Assembly: GCA_040954595.2 (NCBI GenBank)
Contig: CM082588.2
Coordinates: 6,646,202 to 6,710,201 of the forward strand
DNA: 64,000 nt
Reading direction: 5' to 3'
From: Balanoglossus misakiensis
Lineage: Eukaryota > Animalia > Hemichordata
Numbering within the stretch: position 1 is the stretch's first letter; each line of letters opens with the position of its first letter. Of the stretch, positions 44,101 through 56,547 are shown one piece after another. Made by a program: the position numbers and the translations under genes. The notes beneath the pieces are model-generated. The model worked only from the letters and a program-made list of their open reading frames with translations. It was not told the DNA's origin and did no database searches.

Positions 44101-47100
44101 CTTTTTTTCATTAATTATGTTTGATACAAGACACCGTTTATGTTATTCTACATGTGGATATATAGTGAATGAACGTTCAACCACACACACCTTCCATCTT
44201 GCTTGTAGACACAAGATTAAAAAACTCGCCAAAATGAATAATCGGTGTTTACCATTTATTCATTTTTGCAAGATTTTGACTCAAATCCTACAAACGGGAT
44301 GGCAGTTGTGTGTGGTTGAAAGTTGATTCTCTATATATCCACATGTAGAATGACATAAACAGTGTCTTGTATGAAACATAATTAATGGAAAACGGGCAGC
44401 GAGAGAGAGACTTAGTCCCTTTAATGTCCCACATGAACTATGCATTCCCGTTCCAACTCACCATTCCGGTGGTTTCAATTTAAACATACACTCTGCTGCT
44501 TGGATGGCCTTGCCATAGTCCTGTGCAAGCACGCTGATTTCAAAGAAGGTAGCAATGTCCCAGTAGTCTTGTAACGATTCCAAACTTCCTTTTCTTCCAA
44601 TCAGATTGTTCAGCGTCACACCTGAACAAATACAAAGACAGCAAGAATTGACAAAACGTCTGTAGAAATCTTAACCACTGGACCACTACCATATCCAATC
44701 AGACAAATAAATTTACACACGCTTTGTCTAGTACTCTATTTTTGTCACATACATGCATCGGTAGGACCAAACATTTTCCATTGTGACAGTGTATATTGTT
44801 CTTTGCAATATGACAAGTTTTTAAACATGGCAGGCAAATTTTAGTGAACAGATTTCTCTATCAATACTGAATGTGGTGGGATATATGTAAAGGATACATG
44901 CATGTACATGAATAGGTATATATACACTGCAGATTTCAAAGACTATACGAGAAAATTAGCCTCCAAAACAAAATGCTTGCTCCTAGCCTCAGAATGTAAC
45001 TGGTTACTGTATACCAGTAGTTGTGCTATTTGTATGGAAAGCTAAATGTAGTATATAATTCCGAAGAGTGAAATGCCAAAATTCAATGTGTCCTATCAGT
45101 AATACAATGTCAACACATACCAATTCTCTGTAGTTCTGGACATTTTGAGAATTCTTTGCCGGACAACACCAGCAAAGTGGCAAGATTAATCCCAGCATAT
45201 TCATTTGGCTGTACTTCAAAACCTTTACGATACCTACAAAAACAAGGAAGTTGTCTGTGAAAGTCTATGACAGCATAGTGATATGGGAAGTACATGTACC
45301 GTCTGTGTATTGACTCTGGTAAAGGTATACTGTCACCTGTAATTTGCATATGCCTATATATGGTCAATGAATGAATGGATGGATGGATGGATGGATGGAT
45401 GGATGGATGGATGGATGGATGGATGGATGGATGGACGGATGGACAGACGAATGAATGAATGAATGAATGAATGAATGAATGAATGAATGAATGAACGAAT
45501 GAATGAATGAACGAATGAATGAATGGCCGGCGGGATGGATGGATGGATGGATAGACAGACAGACAGACAAACGGATGGAGGGAAAGAGGGAAGGAGGGAG
45601 GGAAACCAAAATAGTCTGATGGGCTAAGAAAAAATACAGACAAAGTAAATCACAACAGCTACAATATACCTACCACAATATGGAATTATCCCTGGCCTTG
45701 GTGTCGGTGTAATCGGACTCTGTAAACTGATCTTTGTAGATGCGACCACACAAACAGAACACATCTGGTACCTGGTTTTCCTTCTTATCTAAAGCCTGCA
45801 GAAGGAAATCACAAGAAACTACAGTAGTCAGAACACATCTTCAATAATTGACTCTACAAGTCTACCATATCAAGCGAGAGGCAACAATGTACATGTATGT
45901 AGTGGCTAGTCTTGTATTTTCTTTTTCTATAGATTTGAAAAAAATTTACTGCAAAAATTTGCCTGATGCTTGTACTAGACTTAAAATATATACTTACACA
46001 CAGTATCGCTTTCAGTGCTTTCTGCCTGTCACCATTTCTGTTACGTCTGTAAATAAACATAAGTTGAGATATTTTGTTATCCATAGACTATGCATGTCAA
46101 AATACATTATATATACAAAAATGCACACTGGTAGGTCTGTTAGGCTCTGGTCGTTTTGTATGTGAGTCATATATTCGAGCGAATACTGTAGTACCTCCAA
46201 CAAACCATTCATAAATTACTCATACATGTACTTACCGATTCAGGGCAAATATATAGAGATAATCAATGGCAGATTTTTGTGTAATGTTGTCATTTGGCAA
46301 GTCTTTGATGGCTTCGACAAGAGATACCATAGAATCATAGTCCTGGAATAAAGCAAAACAGTAGAGTGTGTTGTAGTGTTTGCTGGCACAGTCTACAATT
46401 GTCAGCTTCTTGCTGATTCCTGGTTCTGTTAAAGGGTAACGATCATATTATGCTCATGTGCCGAACCAGAGACTCTGGTGACAAAAATTGTATACAGTCA
46501 ATACCATAAGGCAGTGTGTTGTCCTAACAACAGACAAGATGGCGGCGACCATAGTACGTGTCGGAGATCGGGAAAAGACAGCAAATTGGGTGAAAAGAAG
46601 AGATCAAACTAAAGTCTACTTACGGTGCAAATGAAATATGGAAGGAAGTGAAGGCAGTCCACTATTTGAGTGCAAAATTAGCAGAAAATTTGGATTTGAT
46701 GTCATGTTTATACACACGAATTTACGCACATGCGCAGAACACGATTGGTCCTTAACAAAATCCAACATACAGCTCTACACAAACCAACAGTTTTGATGAC
46801 AATGTTGCAGAATTGCTTGTTATGTGAATTGATGTGGTTGTTCTGGGTTCAAACCCCCCAAAATACTACTAGCTGATTACCTGTATCTCTCTGTACGACA
46901 GCAAAAGTTGATGGATAATATCACTAGTCAACAGCAGCTGTTCATCCATGCGGTTCTTCAAAATTTTCAATTCCTGCAATTTGAAATAATTCATACTAGC
47001 ATAAGTAGATAATAAACGAAGAAATCATACATAGCCCATGCCAAAGAACATGATTGTAACTTGGCAAGACCTTAATTAAATTAAATTCAAAGTCCAACAA

Positions 47101-49071
47101 AACGATATACCGGTAAATAGACTTACCCTAGCTAAATCTTCACCCAAATATTTCTCTCTGGCTTTGCGGATGTCATTAAGAAGAACTTCTTTGGCATTAA
47201 TGCTATATGTACATCAAAAAGAAATGAATTGTAAGCAAAAATTGTGATATTTGAGTTACTCAGTCATAATTTACCACTCTCTGTGGAATTTTGACAGGTC
47301 TTTTATCTCATAATGTTTACACTATCCACACACCTGTTCACAGATGGCTGACATAGAAAAATATTACCCACACTGCAAGGAGAAAGTTAAAGCCCATGGG
47401 AGTGAAAAAACTCGCCAAAATGAATAATCAGTCTCTACCATTTATTAATTTTGGGCGAATTTTTACTCTCATATCCTACAAACGAGGTGGAAGTTGTGTG
47501 TGGTCGAACGTTGATTCACTATATATCCACATGTAGAATAACATAAACGTATCAAACGTAATTAACGGAAAAGGGGCAGCGAGAGAGAGACTTTGTCCCT
47601 TTAACTTCGTCAATCTTTATCTCACCTTGATATGACCTGAATGTCATCCAGTTTCGACTTGAACCGGACATTGAGAGGAGGGCACACCCTGGTTGCCCGA
47701 TCGGCAGCTGAGTCTTCCTGCATTTCAGCAGGCATTCTGACGCAGGCCAAATCACACACAAACACTTTACCACTCGTGTCTGTCTGATATGGGATGAAGT
47801 CGTATCCAGAACTGATACAAGATTTCTACAAAAGGAGAGAAACGATAATCACAGTGTATGAGTGCAGAAATTACATGTACCTTTAATGCTGGTATAGCAT
47901 TATAGTCAATACAGTGTGAAGTTACTGCGATCTGTTCAAGCAATGTCAAGGACAGACACTTTCTTGCCTTAAATCACTGAAGTAATTTTGTGATGCATGT
48001 ATCACTACTGCTGATAGAGTAACGGCTAATTTCCATAACTATGTAAATAATTGTTATGTTAATTAAGTTATGTTGTCTTCTCAAAATTAAAGAGTAGTGG
48101 CCAATATGCTTTTTTTTACTTGAAGGAAGTGGCTTTGTACAAAACTTCCCACAGTTAAGTGCCTGGTGACCTTATGACCTTGACCTCATCAGCAATGAAT
48201 GATGGACAGAAAACATTCGATTATTCTGATCCAGTAGCAGAACAGAAGCTATCCATTTGTATTTAAAAACAAATGATGGGTATTTTCGTTTGCTAGGTTG
48301 TTTTACTTGTAACCATGGAAACCATATCACAGCATCAGGCCATTGGTGTTTCATCCAGGGTGTTACTAAGGGGATGAAAAATGATGATGTTCCATATTGT
48401 GCCTAAGTAATGTGAATTCAGTTTGGACCGGTGGAGTATGGATTGTCCAAGTGTTCATATGTTCATATGTGAAGAAAATATTATCGTGTCAAATGCAATT
48501 TTGATGATAAAATTCAACACACTTGAATTATAACATAATTTGTCAAATTTCAAGGGAAAAATCGAAGATACAGTATTGGTCCTCCCCCATGTCACAGTCA
48601 AGCAAGAAGTACGTGCCTTGTGAGCTGTACTGGCTATGCCTACAGACCCCTTTATAGTTATAAAACAAAAGTTACCTTCAAAGAGTGTAATGAGAAAATC
48701 TGCAATCATAAATAACAATTCTTTACCTTCAATGACAGCATAATTTCTGGATCCGTGTGATGATAGAGAACGACGTTATCTTTCCTCCCGAAGCTCTCTC
48801 TGACGCCCAAGTGATAAAACAACGGAGACTGGTGGTTAAAGACGGTCATGTCCACAAACGCCACATCGGCCAGGTAGAACATATCAAGCACACTGGTCTC
48901 CCCGAAATCCAGGTGCTCAAACGCAATTCGCTCCAGAGAGAATTTCCCCACCGTCTTGGAGCAGGCATCATTGAGCTCTCTGTACACGTTCTGGGAGATG
49001 GTCGAGTTTGGGGTGCTCAGGACCAACACGGCCTTGATGGAACGGTTCTTACCGCTTGATTTCGATGCCAT
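29109..49071 (-). CDS. MAP3K5: ASK-family MAP kinase kinase kinase (MAP3K5/6/15-like), complete multi-exon gene
   Basis: First exon 48727-49071 ([29 protein letters not shown]). Kinase exons include 41160-41293 ([14 protein letters not shown]), 40707-40834, 39675-39813 ([11 protein letters not shown]), GTLQYMAPE at ~39070-39131 and ADIWSLGCT at ~38676-38741. RSVSVP 14-3-3-type site. SAM-like last exons 29679-29755 and 29109-29211 ending in TAG. The symbol denotes the family; an invertebrate gene would probably be co-orthologous to MAP3K5/6/15. Confidence 0.95.
29241..29446. mobile_element. Tc1/mariner-type MITE (TA|CTGTAAAAC...|TA); partial second copy at ~40620-40703
   Basis: TA flanks, TIR CTGTAAAAC / GTTTTAGAG, shared internal CACGCTATTTTGGCTCTCGCGTATTTCG. 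Confidence 0.75.
30253..30595. mobile_element. TTAA-targeting MITE with AGGG termini (Kolobok-like); further copies at 44075-44420, partial ~47400-47600, end fragment ~27685-27720
   Basis: TTAA|AGGGACAAAGTCTCTCTCTCGCTGCCC...GGGCAGCGAGAGAGAAACTTTGTCCCT|TTAA with long TIRs. Confidence 0.88.
32774..33093. mobile_element. PIF/Harbinger-type MITE; truncated copy at ~30756-30890
   Basis: TAA TSD on both sides. TIRs GGCCAAAATAAAAAATATGTGCTGTTCCGATTAC and GTAATCAGAACAGCACATATTATTTTCTTTTGCC. Confidence 0.82.
34637..34721. mobile_element. ~85-bp piggyBac-type micro-MITE; copies at 39544-39629, 40055-40140 and 41393-41478
   Basis: TTAA|CCCT.TCACC...GGTGAAAGGG|TTAA, in both orientations. Confidence 0.85.
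43458..43642. mobile_element. TTAA-targeting MITE (AGGTATAC termini, Kolobok-like); a second copy at 54933-63456 is split by the Gypsy element
   Basis: TTAA|AGGTATACTGTCACCT...AGGTGACCGTATACCT|TTAA. Confidence 0.85.
45366..45580. repeat. Compound (GGAT)/(GAAT)/(GACA) microsatellite
   Basis: Directly visible; intronic. Confidence 0.95.
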
Positions 49072-49620
49072 GGTCAGGAATTGATCTATATCCACTCAAA
49101 TACGGTCACCCCTTCGCATTTGTGGCATGGAGCGATGGTTTTTCTTCAGCTACGACGAATCGCATAGTAATGCTCAGCTCGGATCCAACTGTTATGACGC
49201 CCCACAATGCGCTATTACTTCCGGGGTCAATCAGTCAGCGATGGTGTCGGCTGGCTCTATACACGTGCGTCCACGGCGCGGCAACTCCTCATGCACGCTG
49301 CACGGGCACTCCGATCGTGGTCTGTGTAAACGATCGTACAGCCTAGAGGCTGCTTGCATCGAGACACACGCGGCGAAAACAGTCAAACAATTAATTTTGT
49401 AAAAATTGCAACTACATGGTAACTTTAGGCACGGTCCAGCCTAGACTACAGGCCTTGTCCTGTATAATGTCCACGGCTGGTTCCTTTTTGAAATAAAGCC
49501 ATCGGCGTTGAAAGTTATACTCTACACGTGTTCCCGTCTCTTCACATCTCAACCGACACCCCGACCAGACTCACGAATGTATCCCACCATTATTGGGAGA
49601 CACGAGAGCATCATAAAAAG

Positions 49621-49890
49621 TTAAAAAGTAAAACCCCAGATTTCAGAACCATGACATAAGATACTAGGCAATATCATAATATCGAAAACTTTAAAAAGAG
49701 AAAACAGATCAAAGTGGTCTATTAACTTCCATCTAGCAATTGATAACATGTTCAGAGCTTTACTGGTCTGGTTTGCTAGATTGTGAATTGATTTTGACCC
49801 GTTGTTGCAAGATGAAAATATAAACCAAAGTATTTGTAATATGGAACAACACAAAAAGGACTTGTATGCAAGGTTGACAGCCCAATCCAA
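49621..49890 (-). pseudogene. Degenerate non-LTR retrotransposon (LINE) ORF2 3' fragment
   Basis: LFKVFDIMILPSILCHGSEIWGF resembles the PILxYGSExWG motif downstream of LINE RT domains. Confidence 0.6.
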
Positions 49891-51408
49891 GTAGTTTAGA
49901 AATTTAAGACCTCGTCCCGGGATGCACGTTTCAGTAAATTTAGGAAAACACTTTAAAATGACAACTGGCTATGTTTATTATTTTTGTTTTATTATACTTC
50001 AAAAAGTAAATTCATATTCCACCAGGAGAAATATGGAAATTACGCATTCATTTCATCCCTAAAATGGCAGGAATCTGAATCGTCTCCGGGCAGGGTTTCC
50101 ATGGTTACTGTCTCCGATAGACCCCGGTTCCGAGTCGCTGCGTTGACCCAACCCGTTTTCAATCACGTGGTTTATCAGGTAGTCAACGTTCATCGCTACA
50201 GTTTCAACCAGACATCTAAGTTCACCCATTTCTGTTGCCATGGCATCAACTTGTTGTTGAATGGCGCCAATCTTGGTGGAGAGTGATTGTTGGTGAACGT
50301 GTGCCGCACACTCGCCGCATGTGATGTCGCTTAACTGTGGCGCAGGAAATTCTAGGGCCCTTTTTCCGATGGGTTCCGCTGAAAATTCTAGGGCCCTTTT
50401 TCCGATGGGTTCCGCTGAAAATTCTAGGGCCTTCTTTTCGATGGGTTTCGCTGGAGATTCTAGGTTATTATTTTCGATGGGTCTCGCTGGAGATTCTAGG
50501 TTATTATTTTCGATGGGTTCCGCTGGAGATTCTAGTTCCTTCTGTTCGATGGGTTTCGCTGGAGATTCTAGGGCCTTCTTTTCGATGGGTCTCTGTTGCT
50601 TGGCAGGACCGACCAAGATCCCATCAATGGTCCGAACGACCGAACGCACGATCCGCTCCAGACAACCACGTGTGGTTGTCAATGGGAGAAGGCACGTCGT
50701 CTGGACGAGCAGGATCATGGTTCGGATGTGTTCTTTGGCCACAGATGGGAACAGTCCTACCAAGACTTCGCCGAGTTTTCCGCAAGAAGTTGTCCTAGGC
50801 GGTCCGGAGATCGGATGCAACACATAGGCGGTAGCTGTCTCAATAACACTTGACGACAGCAACAGCGGCATCAACATGAAAGCCAAGGTCAGCTTGGCGG
50901 AGCCAGTGGCCAGGGCCACAACCAAGCATAACCTAAAACGAAGGAAACCGAAGGAAACCGAAGGACACTGATTTTTCCATATTTTAGTGCGAAGGACACG
51001 GTTTTCTGTATGCTAGAGGCCGAAGGACTGGTTTAGCTTCGAATTAAACGCCGAAGGACGGGTGTAGCTCCGTAATTTTGGCCGAAGGAAAGCGAAGGAC
51101 GCTGATTTATCCGTATTTTAGTGCGAAGGACGTGGTTTTCTCTATGCTGGGGGCCGAAGGACTGGTTTAGTTCGGTAATTAAAGCTTAAGGACGGGTGTA
51201 GCTCCGTAATTTTGGCCGAAGGAAACCGAAGGACACTTATTTTTCCATATTTTAGTGCGAAGGACACGGTTTTCTGTATGCTGGAGGCCAAGGGATTGGT
51301 TTAGCTTCGAATTAAACGCCGAAGGACGGATGTAGCTCCGTAATTTAGGCCGAAGGAAAGCGAAGGACGCTCATATCTCCATATTTTAGGGCGAAGGGAA
51401 GCCAGTAA

Positions 51409-52168
51409 GGTGCGGAATTGCGTTTTATCGTTTTTAGAAAGTTTAGCTACAAGTGTAGAAAGCTAAATTAGCTGTAGCTAAATAGTTCTAAACTATCTAA
51501 GTTTTAAGGATAATTATCACTACGATAATTATCGCTTTCTAAATATCGTTCTAAATTTATAAATTAGCCACAGTTTAGAAAGCCCCCCCCCCGACTAAAA
51601 TTTTCTGCCGACGATATAAGTGCTGTATTTCCATTCCAATATTTGCGGAATTTTCATGTATGATTTCAATTGGTGCATTTCAATTTCAATATTTGCGGAC
51701 GGGTAAATGTTGGGAATCGTTTATTGCCCAAATCAAGCCTCATCTCAAAACTCCTCTCAGTTTATTGAGATATGGGCTTCGTTTGTATGACACCATTGTT
51801 CTGTGCAACGACTGAAGTCTCAGGTTAATCAATGTCTTAACACCATTGTTCTACCATAATGAGGTGTTGTAAAAGAGTTAGAACTTCGGCTATATATACC
51901 GTTAAAATAAAACAAAGATCACATTTGACTTCCCACCGAAGTACTGGCCATCCCGTCTCTCTCTTCATTTCGAGCCTACTTCCAAATTTGTAAACGCCCA
52001 AGTAGTCCAACTTTCTAAACTGCTGCTAGTTTAGAAAGTTTAGAACGATATTTAGAAAGTGATAATTATCTTGAAAAAAGCCGTGTTTATCATTATTAGC
52101 TAAATTAGCTTCCTTAGACAATACATGTAGTTTAGAAATGCCCCTTCAATAAGACACAATTCCGCACC
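51409..52168. mobile_element. PIF/Harbinger-type MITE nested in the foldback element
   Basis: TAA|GGTGCGGAATTG...CAATTCCGCACC|TAA. Confidence 0.82.
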
Positions 52169-52291
52169 TAACTCAGGAAAGCGAAGGACAGTGATTCTCC
52201 ATATTTTAGGGAGAAGGACATTAGTATCCATCTCTCTGTATCTCGGAACTAGGATATCAATAGTGTGATCTTGTGTTGAGATCGTTTTTTG

Positions 52292-52477
52292 TCAGTTGTT
52301 TTTCATTTCCAGTTCATGGAACGTAATGTCGGCTATTCCCGGTGAAGCATTTGAGCCCACGGTACAACTGCATGTTTGCTTGTAGAATTTGTTGTTTAAT
52401 TCAAAAGTATTGTTACGTAGAATTAGCGATAGCATTTCTATGAGGTATGTTTGTTTAGATTTGTTTCGTGTAAACAT
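52292..52477 (-). pseudogene. Penelope-like reverse transcriptase fragment
   Basis: LSLILRNNTFELNNKFYKQTCSCTVGSNASPGIADI resembles the PLE RT motif LxLILxNNxFxFNxxxYxQxxGxAMGSxxSPxxAxI. Confidence 0.7.
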
Positions 52478-54964
52478 GACACTCTACTTAAGATCTCGAC
52501 ATTGATATCAGTAACTCTGGTCAGACGTGTACTAGCTGACGCCAAGTCTCTGATAATCGTGAGAGAATCGTGTCCTTCGCCCTAAAATATGGAAATATGA
52601 CTGTCCTTCCTTTTCCTTCGCCCTAAAAAATGGAAATATGACTGTCCTTCGGTTTCCTTCGCCCTAAATTACTGAGCTACACCTGTCCTTCGGCCACCAG
52701 CATACAGAAAACCACGTCCTTCGCACTAAAATACGGATAAATCAGCGTCCTTCGGTTTCCTTCGCCCTAAATTACTGAGCTACACTTGTCCTTCGGCCTC
52801 TAGCATACAGAAAACCTCGTCCTTCGGCCGAAAATAGGGATAAATCAGCGTCCTTCGGTTTCCTTCGCCCTAAATTACTGAGCTACACCTGTCCTTCGGC
52901 TTTAATTACTGAGCTAAACCTGTCCTTCGGCCTCTAGCATACAGAAAACCGTGTCCTTCGCACTAAAATATGGAAAAATCAGTGTCCTTCGCTTTCCTTC
53001 GGCCAAAATTACGGAGCTACACCCGTCCTTCGGCGTTTAATTCGAAGCTAAACCAGTCCTTCGGCCTCCAGCATACAGAAAACCGTGTCCTTCGCACTAA
53101 AATATGGAAAAATCAGTGTCCTTCGCTTTCCTTCGGCCAAAATTACGGAGCTACACCCGTCCTTCGGCGTTTAATTCGAAGCTAAACCAGTCCTTCGGCC
53201 TCCAGCATACAGAAAACCGTGTCCTTCGCACTAAAATATGGAAAAATCAGTGTCCTTCGCTTTCCTTCGGCCAAAATTACGGAGCTACACCCGTCCTTCG
53301 GCGTTTAATTCGAAGCTAAACCAGTCCTTCGGCCTCCAGCATACAGAAAACCGTGTCCTTCGCACTAAAATATGGAAAAATCAGCGTCCTTCGCTTTCCT
53401 TCGGCCAAAATTACGGAGCTACACCCGTCCTTCGGCGTTTAATTCGAAGCTAAACCAGTCCTTCGGCCTCCAGCATACAGAAAACCGTGTCCTTCGCACT
53501 AAAATATGGAAAAATCAGCGTCCTTCGCTTTCCTTCGGCCAAAATTACGGAGCTACACCCGTCCTTCGGCGTTTAATTCGAAGCTAAACCAGTCCTTCGG
53601 CCTCCAGCATACAGAAAACCGTGTCCTTCGCACTAAAATATGGAAAAATCAGTGTCCTTCGCTTTCCTTCGGCCAAAATTACGGAGCTGAACCCGTCCTG
53701 CGGCTTTAATTACCGAACTAAACCTGTCCTTCGGCCACCAGCATAATTAATTACCGAACTAAACCTATCCTTCGGCCACCAGCACAGAGAAAACCTTTTC
53801 CTTCTCACTTAAATATGGATAAATCAGCGTCCTTCGCTTTCCTTCGGCGTTTAATTCGAAGCTAAACCAGTCCTTCGGCCACCAGCATAGAGAAAACCTT
53901 TTCCTTCGCACTAAAATATGGAAAAAACAGTGTCCTTCAGTTTCCTTCGGTTTCCTTCGTTTTAGTCTCACCCCCACAACCACACGCGCGACGGCAACGT
54001 GGAGTCCGATAAGACGGCGGATAACTCTTTCCACCCACATCATAGAACAGAACTTGGCGTTTCTCACAGCCGAGTTTCGTCAAAAGAGACTGGGGAATGC
54101 CATGCTAGCATGGAGAACGCACATGCACAAGGCACATCTCTCTGTCGAGAACATTTTTTTCCGTTGGTATAGTAACCAGAAATGGGATTGTCCGACGCGC
54201 GCGTACGTCACGCAGTTGTCGAGCAGATCTCGCGGACATAGCACATCACATATTTCGTGCGTACTCTCGAGGAAATTGTGGGTAATGCGCGATGAGAACT
54301 CAATTATTCCATTGTGGAACTTTTCTTTGTATCATTTTGATTGTTCTAAAGATTGTCTGCACCGGTGAGAACGAAGTCCACTCAAATCGCCAACACAGAA
54401 CATTTAAGTTTAAAATGTGAACACCTTAGGCGTGGATGATACTAGACGTGAGACAAGCGTTAAACCAAAGGTTCGACTCAGCGCCAACTTCACTTAGGTT
54501 AGTTTTTTTCCTTGAGACAACGAAACTGCCGAAAACGAACAGTGCGCGCGTCAACTTCGAATTTGGAAATTATTAATTTTGACATCAAAAGAAAATATTT
54601 TTGTAACCTAGGGTCTATACGTTACCCAAATGTATTCCCTATAAATTACGCCCCCTATTTTCATAATTGGTATGCGTGTTTCATAAGGTACACCTGGTAT
54701 TTGCTTCCAGAGAGGTCTAAATTCACAGAAAAACTGATCGCTTTAGTTTTCCCTGGAGTTAACATAGAAACCAGTGGTCATTTTTAATTCCAAATTTGTC
54801 GGGGACAATTTTTCTCCCTATTCAAACGTTTGTACGGTGGCCCTTTTCTCCATTTTTTTATTCTCATTGCTAAGAGAGTAAAATCTAAAGTTACTTACAT
54901 GCTTTGCTTTTCGAAGATGGTACTAGCTTTAAAGGTATACCGTCACCTATGCAAATTTAGCTAT

Positions 54965-55529
54965 TGTCGAGATTTTTCCTTCGTCGTTATTATTACGTTG
55001 AGACTGGTCAGGTGATCAGTAAGGGTAACGACCTTACACCCGAGTGACAGAGCGCACAAGGACAAAATAATAAAGTGTAGAAGCCAACGTGGCGTATTTA
55101 TTAACTGAACACGAAAAATTATCAACAATACTGCGTAAAAATGAAGAGCTGTACCTTCTTTGCTGTTGCTGGTGTGGCCTCGATAAGAAAAACCCCTTGA
55201 GCGACCCCGTTTTAAAGAGAATCGCTACTTATATACCCTCGGGTCGGATTCAAAATCAGAAAAGCTAATTTGCATATCGGACGTCGGAGAAAGCACCTAA
55301 AATCTACATATCATGTCGGCTTCAAGCCAAGAAAAGTAGCTAAATAAATGATTGACAGCTGTCGCTCGAAATCGTCGTTGCTAGACAACCAAAGGCAAAC
55401 ATTGAATGAAAACTGAACGTGCGTACTAACAGGCTAATCGGTTTTGGCGCGTGTGCCGCGCCTGCTGAGTAATTACAAAAACCGCAAAGGCATTCAGAAA
55501 TGTAAAATGGACCTCGTTAAACCTCTACA
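54965..55529 (-). repeat. 3' LTR
   Basis: Direct repeat of 62764-63328. Preceded on the minus strand by the polypurine tract AGAGGGGGGTAA (~55530-55541). Confidence 0.97.
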
Positions 55530-55683
55530 TTACCCCCCTCTAAGACAATAAAGTTCCGACTATTGTACAAGAAAAAGTTGAATCGCAAAAAATATTTCTA
55601 AGGGAAGGGACCCCCACCCCGTACAGCTTCACAATGAGAAAAATGCAGAAAATGTTCAAGAAAAAGAGTTCAATACAAAAATG

Positions 55684-56352
55684 TTACTCGTCGTCTCTCC
55701 CCGGCGTCCGCGGCGGCAGATTCAAATTCTCTTCATCTTCTGGGCTCAGCTCTAATAGCTGTAGTCTGGGTCGACCGGCGGTGCTGGTTCTGGCCTGGCT
55801 GGTAGTTACCTTCTTTGCTGATGGGGCTCCCCTCCTTCTCTTCTTGGTCTGGGTCCCCGGGGTGTTTGCAGGTGGCTTGTCGGTCCTTTGCTGAAGGACG
55901 ACTGTACGGGCGCAGGAGGAGACGGTCGGCGTCGCTGCCGCCGGCAGCTGCAGAACGGTCCCCGGCTCTACAGGTGGACCGGACGTTGTCGTTGATGCTG
56001 TGGTCGAATTCAGCAGATAGTAGGTCCGCGTGGTGTTGGTCTCCGCCTTGATTGCTCCATGGGAGTATATGCGGTGGGTGTGCGAATCTTCCACTCTCTC
56101 CACCCGATTGAAATCGATCGGGGCGAATACATCACCATGACGGACGGGTTGGGGTGTTGACGGTCGGCGCCGTGTAGAATCTGCGGGTGGAGCTGGATCT
56201 GCCTCGGCGACGGACACGGTACTGGTAGCTACGCTGCCGGTGTTTCGGTGGGCGACGCACGGGTGTTCGTTGTACTCGAACGAGTGTTCGAATACGCATC
56301 CACACCTAATACAAATTCGTCTCCCTGCCTGATCTCGCCTGAAGGAGTTCAT
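55684..56352 (-). CDS. Accessory third ORF of the Gypsy element (222 aa, unknown function)
   Basis: ATG-initiated, between pol and the PPT. N-terminal CIRCGC..F......H.C..H zinc-finger-like motif, Thr/Pro/Ser-rich body, KKRRR NLS-like patch. No signal peptide or TM segment. Confidence 0.65.
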   Translation of the reverse strand: MNSFRRDQAGRRICIRCGCVFEHSFEYNEHPCVAHRNTGSVATSTVSVAEADPAPPADSTRRRPSTPQPVRHGDVFAPIDFNRVERVEDSHTHRIYSHGAIKAETNTTRTYYLLNSTTASTTTSGPPVEPGTVLQLPAAATPTVSSCARTVVLQQRTDKPPANTPGTQTKKRRRGAPSAKKVTTSQARTSTAGRPRLQLLELSPEDEENLNLPPRTPGRDDE

Positions 56353-56424
56353 CTCTTGTAGTTTAATGATTTCTGCGCTGATCGGACCGGGTGAGAAGAG
56401 CGACGTTCCCGGCTCATTGTTGCC

Positions 56425-56547
56425 CTATTTATACTGTTCTCAACGTAGCGAACCAAGCTTGGTCCAACCCCCCTAAAATTAACCGTGACGGAACGGAGGA
56501 TTGCCGTTGGTCGTCTAAGAAATCCACGCAAGTCGTGCACTGATTGG
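56425..56547 (-). promoter_or_regulatory. Candidate internal Pol II promoter for ORF3
   Basis: Minus-strand CCAAT at 56543-56547 and TATAAATAG at 56425-56433, about 75 nt upstream of the ATG at 56352. Confidence 0.5.

Larger units (their letters stand above)
50925..53973. mobile_element. Non-autonomous Mutator-like foldback element with 134-bp satellite arms
   Basis: 9-bp TSD CCACAACCA at 50916-50924 and 53974-53982. TIR CTAAAACGAAGGAAACCGAAGG starts 8 nt inside each end. GAAGG-rich arm ~50933-51400 is inverted to the CCTTC-rich arm ~52570-53965. Confidence 0.9.
50059..54043 (-). pseudogene. Intronless orphan ORF (308 aa when reconstructed from 54043-53974 + 50915-50059), interrupted by a foldback transposon
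   Basis: Removing 50925-53973 plus one TSD joins MMWVERVIRRLIGLHVAVARVVV in frame to ALATGSAKLTLAFML.... Contains 33-bp (11-aa, LESPAxPIE) repeats, a CxxC and a heptad-like segment. Confidence 0.65.

Noticed and set aside
52970-53709. Five near-identical ~71-aa ORFs
   Set aside because: Translation artefact of the 134-bp satellite unit.
55684-56352. ORF3 as an envelope gene
   Set aside because: No signal peptide, TM anchor or fusion-peptide layout.
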